Source: Eledone cirrhosa (taxonomy: Eukaryota). Taken from it: 64,000 bases of DNA. Positions 52,628 to 64,000 of this stretch are shown here, in pieces (the stretch's first letter is position 1; the number at the start of each line of letters is the position of its first letter). Position numbers and translations under genes: made by a program. The stretch covers positions 144,336,001-144,400,000 of the forward strand of contig OZ024742.1 in the NCBI GenBank assembly GCA_964016885.1. The letters are read 5' to 3'. Under the pieces are notes generated by a model. That model was not told the DNA's origin and made no database searches. It saw only the letters and a program-made list of their open reading frames with translations.

Positions 52628-52688
52628 TTTCATTCTGATGATTGAAAGCAAAATTTGTTTGCTTTTAAGAAACCACTGGTAAATGGAA
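52628..52688 (+). ncRNA. Type I hammerhead ribozyme in a microsatellite-bounded insert (about 52595-52786)
   Basis: TTTCATT-CTGATGA-TTGAAAGCAAA-ATTTG-TTTGCTTTTAA-GAAA-CCACTGG-TA-AATGGAA. Stem II is a fully paired 11 bp. Confidence 0.85.
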
Positions 52689-52785
52689 TAATTGCCTTAT
52701 GTTGTTTATTACATAACTAATAAGCTCTGTTACCTACATAGAGCACTCTTTTTTCCTGGACTTTTCCGACGGAATTACTTCATTT

Positions 52786-52865
<80 letters not shown>

Positions 52866-53233
52866 GTGTGTGAAGGCAGGAGGCCTCGTGGTTAAAGTGT
52901 CATGGGCTCCATTGCTAGACCAGGTGACGCGATATGCTCTTAAGAAAAACACTTCATATTATATTGTTCCAGTAAATTCAGCAGAAAATTAGTACCAGCA
53001 GTAGGGGCGAGGTGATTTCTACTTTTAGTCGCCTTAAATAAACACACACACACATATATATATATATATATGTATATACCCACACACACGGACTCATACA
53101 CATACATATATAAGTTTTGTTTCAATGTTTTCAGTCAATTGGACTGCAGCCATGTTAGGAAACCACCGTCAAGGATTATATCGATACCAGTACTTAGTTC
53201 ACCGATTACATACATGTGTAATCATATGTATGT

Positions 53234-53570
53234 GAAGGCGCATGGCTTAGTGGTTAGAGCTTTGGTCTTACAATCGGGAGGTTGTGAGATTGATTCCCAG
53301 AACGGGCAGTGTGACGTGTCCTTGAGCAAGACACTTTATTTCATGTTGCTCCAGTTTACTCAACTGTAGAAATGAGTCGCAACGTCAATGGTGCTAAACT
53401 GTATCGGCCATTGTCTTTCCCTTGGACACCATCGGTGACGTGGAGAGGGGAGGCTGGTATGCATGGACGATTGCTGGTCTTCCACAAACAACCTTACCCG
53501 GACTTGTGCCTCGAAGAGGGAAATTTCTGGGTGCAAATCCCATGGTCATTCGTCACCAAAGGGGGTCTTT
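53234..53570 (+). mobile_element. tRNA-derived SINE S2, full length
   Basis: A box TGGCTTAGTGG, B-box-like GATTGATTCCC, central GTGTCCTTGAGCAAGACACTTTATTTCATG. Confidence 0.8.
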
Positions 53571-54231
53571 ACTCATATGTAAATATGAGTAAAGACCCCC
53601 TTATACATACATACACACAGACAGTCTCACACACAAACACTACTAGCCTACAATTGTTTAGCGAGTATCTGTGCTGATGACATACAATCCTGCTTATCGT
53701 TGCCTCCCAGATAGTCTTTGCCATTTGACTTAACACGATCCACATATGTTGCAGGATATATGATATATGATATATATATATATATATATATATAAACAAA
53801 CCATTACCAACATGTCAGAAAAACTGTCAGTCTTTGAGGAAACAATATCGATTCCCCAGCCAACGTCTGAAAAAAGAATACGACTATTTTTTAAATCAAT
53901 ATGTAATTTAGTTATTTATTAAACGTGACATTAATGGCCTTTAATGGACGGATAAGTATCACTAATGAAATTATCAACACCATCATCAATATCATCATTG
54001 TCGTCATCATTAACAAAAATATTCATTTCTTAATTAATTAGATATTATGCAAAGATATGTTTACAAAGCATGGAAGATCGTATAGTGTTGTTTATTAAAC
54101 CCTAAATTGGCTCTGATTCACCAGACCTGTTCTATTGTGGATCAAAGGTATTCCAACCGTAACCAACACCTTTTTTGTTTTTGTTTTATTTTTTAAAGTA
54201 TAATATACGCATGTCTAACATTATACAATGT

Positions 54232-54405
54232 CAAACCTGCCAACTCTCCCCGCCCGATGGGGAGATCTCCCACCCACTTTGGGGTGGATGAGAGATGTCT
54301 TCTCTTGTGAAAATGGACATAGCTTTCAGTACGTAAAATCTCCCATTTTGGGACACTTTTTTTCATGATACTCTCCGTTTGGGGTTTTAGAGGTTGGCAG
54401 GTCTG
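54232..54405. mobile_element. hAT-like MITE inserted in a family R repeat
   Basis: TIRs CAAACCTGCCAACTCT and AGAGGTTGGCAGGTCTG. Confidence 0.7.
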
Positions 54406-54861
54406 CAGTGTATGCTTTCTTTTTAAAAAGAAAATAGTATGATTTGGGGGTCAATTTGGCTACTATTCCCTACAGAGAGAGTAACCACGTTTTCTAGAAA
54501 TTTAACTTGAAAACGGACGTTTGACCTGCTAGAACTAGCAACCAAATGTCCCGCAAAATCAAACTACGAATGATACATTGGATCATAGTACTTCTAGATA
54601 CTCCCGGAGGCGGTGAATTGACAAACCATCACCTCTATCACTACCACTACCACAGTAATTAGATAACAACACGGCCAGCATCAGCAGTAACAACACACGG
54701 CACCACACCTCCATCACTTATACTACTAGAATGACAACAACAATAATAAACTAATTCAGTAGCAGTGAATTACACACACACAAACATACACACACATATA
54801 TCATTTTGTAGTGACAGGCTGTCAGCAGAGCTTACCTGCCTATTGCATAATTTGAACACAC

Positions 54862-54934
<73 letters not shown>

Positions 54935-55269
54935 CACATTCATATGTATGTACACAAGGATCTCGTCGGGAAAGGAATTTAACTTATAATCATCGTTTTA
55001 TGCATCCTCTTCCGTATTACTACATAGCCTCTTGCAAGCAGAATCCAACGGTCGTTTTAATCATTATTCAAGTAGCTACGTCTGCCATGGCGACAGACGT
55101 ATAGTATTGTAGTGAGGCCGAGTAAAACAGACATGTAAACCTAGTTATATGGCTGGGTTATTTGATAAGTTAAGCTGTTTAAAGGCACTCCGTGTTATCA
55201 ACCCAACCCCATGTTACTCAATTCTTACAATTTGTGTGTGTGATCGTGTTAAAAAAAATCAAAGTCTGT

Positions 55270-55531
55270 CTCAAGCCCAAAGGCTCATCAGGGCGGAACT
55301 TATCCCAGTTTCCGTGGCATGAAACGACTGAGAGTAAAAGACCTCCCCTGGACAGGACGCTAGTCCATCGCAGGGTTAAACTCCCAGCTATTGCTGGTAC
55401 TCATTTTCAGCTGATTATACTGGAGCAACGTGAAATGAAGTGCTTCGCTCAAGAACACAACAAACAACCCAGTCCAGGAATCGAACCCACAGCATTATGA
55501 TCGTAAGTTTAACACCTTACCACTAGGCCAC
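55270..55531 (-). mobile_element. SINE S2-related, different 3' half
   Basis: Minus strand GTGGCCTAGTGGTAAGG..GGTTCGATTCC..TTCTTGAGCGAAGCACTTCATTTCACGTTGCTCCAG. Confidence 0.75.
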
Positions 55532-55955
55532 ACACACACGTATATATGTGTATGTACATATGTGTGTGTGTATTAGCATAGTACCCGTTAAAATTTACCG
55601 GCTTTATAGTAAAACGTAATTAAGTAATTGCTAGATTGCATCATTCTAAAGATGCTTGAATCCATAATCATTCTTGACTTTGTGTCCCTTGTCACTCCGG
55701 TCATTGACTATTTCATTTTACATTCATTTCAGTCAGTTACAATAATTTTCTTTTATTTGTTCTTCAGTCATCAAACATATATTCACTAAATTACGATAGA
55801 CAAACAGACAGACATAGATAAATAGTTGGACGTTGTTATTGCTCGAAGATAAAGATATTTGCGATAGAGATGAATAGGGAAAAAGATATCAAATTACCAT
55901 TTCCTAAAGAAATGTAGCAAAGTTATCATATGACTCTTGTGTTTTATTTATAAAG

Positions 55956-56004
<49 letters not shown>

Positions 56005-56045
56005 CTGTGCATTAAATGTAGCAGATAGCTTTTGCTACCTACGAA

Positions 56046-56232
56046 ATAATTGTTTCTACTTTTTGGCACAAGGCCAGCAATTACCCAGTACATTACTGGT
56101 ACTTTATTTTATCGACCCCGTAAGGATGAAAGGCAAAGTTAACCTCGGCGGGATTTGAACTCAGATCATACAGGGACATAACTATGCTAGAAAGTATGGC
56201 GTCTGACCCTCTACCGGTACTGCCAATCCACC
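56046..56232 (-). mobile_element. SINE S1
   Basis: Reverse-complement full-length match. Confidence 0.9.
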
Positions 56233-57906
56233 ATAATGACTGTTTATTTGTAAATGAATCTCCATAGGTTTTGACGATGAATAGTCAGTTGGTCGATGAA
56301 TTTAACTTGGTCATTAAATTAGCGTGTAAATGGTTGATAATTTATACCCTTAACCTCAATCAGAATCAATGTGACAGTGTGCAATAAGACAGAATTTTTA
56401 AATAACATTGCCAATCCATCCGAAGGGCTTCTGCGTGTTTTTCGTCTAGCCAATTTCATTCTCAGTTCTGAAGTAGATTCTTTCTTTGTATAGACACGTT
56501 GTAGTTCGCTATGGCCTCCTTACCACTCCACCAGGAGTTACCGGTCCATACATACAAGTCCATATGTTTGTAAGCATATGTAGAATATAGGTAGTTATAC
56601 GTTTATGTACGTCAATGTGAGTAACATGAGTTACGTTCAAGGAAACCTATGATCAAAGACAGTCTATCCATTCATATAGCAACTTTTAGGGGGCTTTGCA
56701 AGACTACATTATCACATGTGTTCTTTTTTTCTCATTCAAGGTGGTAGTCTAACTTGAGTGAAATTTGTATGCTATTTCTATTAGCTCGAGCCACTATATA
56801 GAAGATTCCTCGTTGACAGTGTAATTTGAAGGAAAATTTAACTGCTATTTCCAGCAGAGAAGATGGCCACACAGAGCCTTTCTTCCCACCTCACCCTCTA
56901 CTAAAACAAATGAATCAAAATTAATTCATAAGAATCAATTATTTCAGTTCTTGCAGCGTTGCTGACTTTCACTGATGATGGACACTTAACACAAGCTGTG
57001 AAGATCCAGCAGATCTGCTTTGACAATACAACCAACAACCCATCGATCCTTTTAACTACATGTTAGCAATGGTTATCGATGTTTTCTCTTATGCCGGAAA
57101 AGTAATCAAACGATTAACAACACAGTCAAGGCTTATTGGTATTCTCTCCAATCTGCCACTCATTCCAAACTAACACCTTCTTCTCCCTCTTTCTCAGCCA
57201 CATTCTGTTTCACCTCCTCATTTATTCTTATCCTCCATTTGTCTCTTTAATTCGTGGCCACAGCTACATTTTTACAACGGTGTTAACGAGGCAACAATGG
57301 AGCCTGTACATAAACCTTTGACCAGCTAGAAATAGTAAGTAAATCTTTCAAATTGCATTCTAATTAAAAAGAGCAAGGACACATTGGGCAATGTAGTCCA
57401 ATGTGTATAATAGACGCCTACCCGCAGTTAGAACATTTTCGATAATGGACTTGTTCGATCAGGTGACCTGGGCTTAAACACCAAGAACTAAAAGTGAGCA
57501 TCCATGTAGTCGCTTGACATCTTCATCAAATCATACCTTATTTATTTACAATTTAAATGGGCCTCCATCGGCTTCGACGATGACTGTTCCAGTTTTATAA
57601 TGAATGGAACAGTCTGCTCATGAAATTAACGTGAAAGTGACTGAGCATTCCATAGACATATGTACCCGTAATGTAATTCTCTGGAAGATTCAGCGTCACA
57701 CAATGTGTTTATTTTCCAAGCACAGTCCATCAGACTGGCATAGGTTAATCCGAGGTTATAGCAAATGATACCACACGGTGGGATCACACCCGAGGCCTAT
57801 TCTGTGAAGAAATCACTTTAACCAGTCGTCCATGCTGCATCTACATCATTTAAAAGAAGCCCAACATATATCTTCAATATAGACCGTACTCATTATTGGT
57901 TTTGAT

Positions 57907-58128
57907 CAGTCATGGGCAAACTGTGATCCGTTTGGTTTTCTGAATGGCACGCCTAACGAAAAATTACTTAAATCTATTTAGTAGTATGACTCATCTTATG
58001 ATGAGCCATATCTCATGCGGCCTCACACCTAACGAAAAATTGCCTTAAATCTATTTAATAGTATGAACCATCTTATGATGAGCCATATCTCATGCGGCCC
58101 ACTGCTCGAAAAAGGTTGCCCATACCTG
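57907..58128. mobile_element. hAT (Charlie-type) MITE with an internal tandem duplication
   Basis: TIRs CAGTCATGGGCAAACT and AGGTTGCCCATACCTG; a direct repeat of about 71 bp at 57952-58022 and 58029-58099. Confidence 0.7.
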
Positions 58129-59058
58129 GTTTAAAGCAATCTGAAAACTTATTTTAAGAATTCTACAATTCTTTAGACAGTGTAATAAATTCAAAGATTA
58201 AATTTTCGGAAATACACAAATAAAATTACAAATAACAAAAATAAATATACATATAAAGTATGTGGTTTGTTGTCGTTGTTGTTTTCGTTGGAGTTTAGCC
58301 CCAGGTCAACCCTGATCAAGCAGATATATAATGAAAAGAATGGCTTTTTTTCTTTTTCTTTTCTTTTTCTTTTCTTTTCTTTTCTTGACAGTTGAGTGTG
58401 ATATGAAAGAGATTTGGCTACTATATGTGACAGGTCAAGAGAATGCATACATACTCCATTGTTGGGCCGTCGAAGTGTGTTAGTGGTGAATGTGTGTGTG
58501 AATGTGTGATCAAATTCACGTCGCAAGAATGAATGACTGAACTTTGCTTTCTCGTGAAGACAGCAAGAGTAAAGCAATCCAGCAAGCAAGAAAGAAAGAC
58601 AGAAAGAGGAGGAGGGGGGAGATATGTTACTAACACAAAGAAACTGTTTTCCCAATATTCTTGAGATTCTTTAAAGAATGTTAGAAATGTAAAGTTCAAA
58701 ATTAAGAATATATTCTATAAGAGAGACTCAACTGACTTTTAGACTTTGCTACTTGACAACAGATCAGCCATCACTGGAGCACGTGATAAAGTTCCGTGAA
58801 GTAAAACTCCATAAATCGTAGTCTCACGAGTTATAAATGCACAATCATATATGCGTTGTTTATCACAGGGTCGATAAAATAAAGTACCAAGTAATACACT
58901 GAGATATTGCTGGCCTTGTGCCAAAAAATAGATACAATTATATAAAGTACTCAATACATAGTGTAAAGAATAGATTTATTCGATTGGTGCTGTTAGATTT
59001 CAACTGAATACACGACCGACATGACGGCAAAACGTTCTATAGTAATAGTAGTAGTACG

Positions 59059-59141
<83 letters not shown>

Positions 59142-59753
59142 TATATATATACACACACGTATATACACACACATATATATACACACATACACACATAAAT
59201 ATACACACACATGCATATATACATACACACATAAATATATATACATACACACACATATATATATGTGTGTGTATGTATGTATATACTTTATAATTTCTAA
59301 CATTGGAAGAAAACTTGTAAAACAGATCCATCAGGTAGTTTCCTGTTTGCGTGTCTTTTAATCTTAAATCTTTCTCTTCACTAAATTTATAAAAGTCTTA
59401 TATTGTACAATTACGTTTTTCTGGTTATTTTTACTTTTGTTGAAGGAGGGATGGGCTCCACCAGGTTTCAATGCCGTATGTCAGGATGGTAGGGCCCCTT
59501 TAGTTCCATCGGGAGTTTAATAGCCCATGGATGGATAGATGTTTGAGGTTGAGAGCAGAAATTTATAACCGTTTGCCGGCGCATTTCCATTCAGCTATCG
59601 TATTCTATGTACACACACACTACGTATATATATATATATATATACATATATGTGTGTATATATATATGTACACACACACACACTATGTATATATATATAT
59701 ATATATATATACATATATGTGTGTATATATATGTACACACACACACACACTAC

Positions 59754-59796
<43 letters not shown>

Positions 59797-59837
59797 CATA
59801 TATGTGTGTATATATATGTACACACACACACACTACG

Positions 59838-59900
<63 letters not shown>

Positions 59901-59910
59901 GTGTGTATAT

Positions 59911-60095
59911 ATAGGAGAAAGTATGACCCCGACGGCAGGGCTCAAGCCGTTTACTTTAGTCCAGAAATAGCCGTCGAAACGGCTTGAGCTCTGCGTCGGG
60001 GTCATACTTTCTCCTATTACCCACTCTACTACCCTAAGTATTGAGTACTCTGGTGCGTTATGGTCCATCTGGTTCCTTACCACAACTCCTTCGTT
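59911..60095 (+). mobile_element. Family B fold-back insert
   Basis: Matches 13292-13493, with the left arm truncated at about 59952; (TA)n on both sides. Confidence 0.8.
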
Positions 60096-60155
60096 ATATA
60101 TATATATATGTATGTGTGTATATATATATACATATATGTGTGTGTGTGTGTATAT

Positions 60156-60594
60156 ATATTAATTCAAAATATTAACAAAAATAGACATTCGTGTGATCAA
60201 GTATATTTTAGTATACATATTTCAGAGGTACTGAGCTATCTTCAACAGTACGTCCTCATCAGATAAAATAAGATGATGCATGACATACCCTGACTTTGTA
60301 GATGGTTAAGATTCAGTCATATATCTACCATGACTGAATCTTAACCATCTACTAAGTCAGAGTATGTCATGCATCATCTTATTTTATCTGATGAGGACGT
60401 ACTGTTGAAGATAGCTCAGTACCTCTGAAATATGTATAATAAAATATACTTGATCACACGAATGTCTATTTTCGTTAATATTTTGAATTAATATTAATAA
60501 CTCCGGAAAACCAATAACTGTTGAGTGCTTCCAATCTATTGTAAAACTCATTCTTTGATTTATTCATTGAACCTTCTTTAACCTTTAAATAAAG
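60156..60594 (+). mobile_element. Fold-back Penelope-like insert (divergent family A relative) in (TA)n
   Basis: About 165-bp arms at 60156-60320 and 60330-60494, with a 3' tail containing TTGAGTGCTT at 60521. Confidence 0.85.
60380..60446 (+). ncRNA. Type I hammerhead ribozyme (mirror copy on - strand at about 60204-60270)
   Basis: TATTTTAT-CTGATGA-GGACGTACTG..CAGTACCTCT-GAAA-TATGTA-TA-ATAAAATA. Stem I is a perfect 8 bp. Confidence 0.85.
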
Positions 60595-60772
60595 TATATA
60601 TATACACACACACACACATACATATATATACAAGTATATGTATATATAAATATATACAAGTATATGTATATATATATATATTTATATATGGGTGTGTGTA
60701 TGTATATATATATATATATATACATATACTTGTATGTATATGTGTATATATATATATCTACTTGTATGTATA

Positions 60773-60819
<47 letters not shown>

Positions 60820-61371
60820 ATATACACTTGTATGTATATGTGTATATATATATATATGTGTGTATATACACTTGTATGTATATGTGCATATATATATATA
60901 TATATATGTGTATATACACTTGTATGTATATGTGCATATATATATATATATGTGTGTGTATGTATGTATGTATACACACTTATACGGTAGGCGAGAGAAA
61001 AAGAGAGGTTAGGTGTGGAATAACAGTTAGTTTACATGAGTGTAGTAGAATTAAATACAGGAGTATCATACGTAATGCTACATATAGGATGGCATGAGGT
61101 GGGAGGTGTTTCGTCATAACTAGTTGATAGAAAGTCTAAGTAAATAGAGAACACGACATAGAAAATGTAGGTGTCACTTTGTAATCAATCAATTAGATAA
61201 CAGTAGAGAATTTGATGTATGGAGGCGTTCTTCTTTTTCTTCCTTTTCTTTTCTCGGGGAAAAAAATTATCTTTAGGGTTTACAGTAAGTCTTTTTAAAG
61301 AGATACACAAGAACAGACAAGAATACAAAAAAGATACATACTGATAAATATTCAGCAACACACATTAACTA

Positions 61372-61436
<65 letters not shown>

Positions 61437-61651
61437 TCGGTATCTGTTTGTATTTCTGTCTTATCTTTCGTATATATATATATATATAGCTATATAACTG
61501 CTCTGTAGAACAACTGATGTTGTTACATTGAGCTATTTATCTTACTGGTAATAAGATAGTAATGAATTACTGTCTTTCACTATTTAGGGTTTAAAATATA
61601 TATAACTATAAAAGGTTTCAGTATATACATAACCATAAATAGTTTCCTTAA

Positions 61652-61728
<77 letters not shown>

Positions 61729-61927
61729 TGCGTGTGTGTGTGTGTGTTGAAAGAGGGAGTGAGAGATGGGTAGGTAAATAGACAAGCATTTAGCTAGCCA
61801 GCTAGCTAGATGGATAGATAGCTGGCCAGCTAGATAGATAGGTAGCTGGCTAGCTAGCTAGCTAAATTGATATCTCAATAGACAGACATATATATATTTA
61901 TATACAGAGAGAGAGAGAGATAGATAG

Positions 61928-62010
<83 letters not shown>

Positions 62011-62399
62011 CTGATAGAAGTGCTGGTAGATAGACAGACAGGCAAGAAGTACAGGTAAATAGATAGGAAACTGGACGCATAGTCGAACAGAAAATAAATA
62101 CACCGATTAGAAAATTCATGCAATAATGCTGAAAAGTGAGCGGAGAAAAATAATACATGTGTATATTGGGACCGCTTTTAAGAGATACGAGTATCAATTT
62201 AATCAAGAGCATCTAAATCTAATCTCTCCATCTTTGTCTCTCTAACGTTGACAGGTAGATCGATAAGTAGACAAAAATTGGTAAGTCTAATAGATATAGC
62301 CACACGCATCTACTTATGTACATGCTCATCTACCTACATTTAGCGAGCAGCAGACATGTTGAAGTAATCATACGTTGAATATCTATCTATCTATCTCTT

Positions 62400-62478
<79 letters not shown>

Positions 62479-62817
62479 GCAAATGTGTAGACATATAGAG
62501 ATATGTAGATAGACAGACACCTAGCTATTTAGACTGGTGAATGGTTTGTTCATTGATAGACAGATCGGAAGCAAACGGAACAGTACACACATGCGACAAT
62601 AAAGCAGTGATATATAAATAGGTAAACGAGGATTATCACAAAGAACTAGGAGACTTTCTGTAAAATCAATCCAAGGATCCAATAAGGTTTCTTTCCATTT
62701 CATCACTCAGCTTTTCAAATCTCCGTTTAAAACGCTGAGTGATAAAGTAAATAGAAATTCTGGTCACAACATAAATTTACACTGATACCAAATATAAATA
62801 AATATAAAGAATGATAC

Positions 62818-62872
<55 letters not shown>

Positions 62873-63219
62873 CTCTATAGACAAAACTGATGTGTGTGTG
62901 TGTTTGAGTAAACAAGATTGGTTGACTTACAAAGCATTGGGAAATTTGAAAATATAGTCACCACAATGCAAAGTACTTCTAGAGACGGGAAAACTGTTCA
63001 CATTAAGGGGTACTTTACCCGATTTATTCAACATTATTTATAGCTATCAACTACTATTATAGCTATCCGCACTGTAGCGATTATATTTTCAAATATATAT
63101 ATATATATATCCAAACATATATGTGAATGAATTATATATATATATAATTCAATTATATATATATATACACACACACATACATATGTATGTATACATACAT
63201 AAATACACACACACACACA

Positions 63220-63250
<31 letters not shown>

Positions 63251-63253
<3 letters not shown>

Positions 63254-63460
63254 CACGTCGTAAGAAAGGTTTGTACTTCATACATATACATACGTACATG
63301 CATACGTGTATATATATACGTATTTATATATATGTATGTACTACACACTCAAATGTACAAACCTTTCTTACGACGTGTATATATATATATATATATATAT
63401 ACGTATTTATATATATGTATGTACTACACACACTCAAAAGTACAAACCTTTCTTACGACA
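63251..63460. repeat. Small inverted plus tandem repeat in (TA)n
   Basis: ATACACGTCGTAAGAAAGGTTTGTAC (63251-63276) is inverted at 63355-63380; a direct repeat spans about 63317-63375 and 63399-63459. Confidence 0.75.
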
Positions 63461-64000
63461 TGCATACCTTTCTGGAAGATATTCACAAATATTAAAACCA
63501 ACAGCGATTTGTACATAGGTATAGTTGTATATAATCTGCACACTATGATGGAATAAATCGCTATAGATATATGCCTACACACAAATTCACCATACACTCC
63601 CCCCCCTCCCACCCACCCACCCAAATGTAGAATCGACTAAAAGATACCATAGTATAATTATGTTAATGATTTTAAGGTTTTTAGAATATTTGTTGTCGAA
63701 TTTGTAGTCATACTAGGTAGTTTGTTGCTATGGAACTTTTTAAAGATTGGTGAAAAGCAAAGCCACCATTTCTGTTATTTGCTAACGCAAGCATTCTCAT
63801 AGACTCTCCTCTGAAACAACGTGAGAAATATATCTATCTAATATCTGCCCCTTTCCTTTTCTCCTTCTCCACTCCAGTAGACAACGATTACAGGCAGCTG
63901 CTCATATTAAACGATGGTACAAATCAATGTTGGGAGATTAGAAAGAAAAGTTGAATTGCAAAGATGGTCAAATCATTTGGATGTAAGCATAACGAACTAA

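Overview
AT-rich, repeat-dense eukaryotic DNA that looks intergenic or intronic. The SINE, RTE and microsatellite content resembles an octopus/coleoid genome (inference from recalled repeat motifs). No intact protein-coding gene is supported, and most listed ORFs are microsatellite artefacts. The window holds many tRNA-derived SINEs, MITEs (hAT, Tc1/mariner-pogo), a Helitron-like element, decayed LINE and hAT transposase fragments, and a 2.4-kb ACC/ACT minisatellite. The main signal is a swarm of short inserts sitting in or beside (TA)n tracts, many of them asymmetric fold-backs. By eye, 13 loci carry a type-I hammerhead ribozyme core (stem I-CUGANGA-stem II-GAAA-palindromic stem III-UH-stem I). 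Four of these also have a mirror copy on the other strand, and five more loci carry half or decayed ribozymes. They belong to roughly ten sequence-unrelated families that share the fold and often a GAGTGC/GAGTAC motif near the 3' end. A decayed Penelope-like GIY-YIG endonuclease (CxCx5C linker) lies among them. Together this points to a Penelope-driven, (TA)n-targeting ribozyme/retrozyme system. All structures were read manually and coordinates may be off by a few bases.
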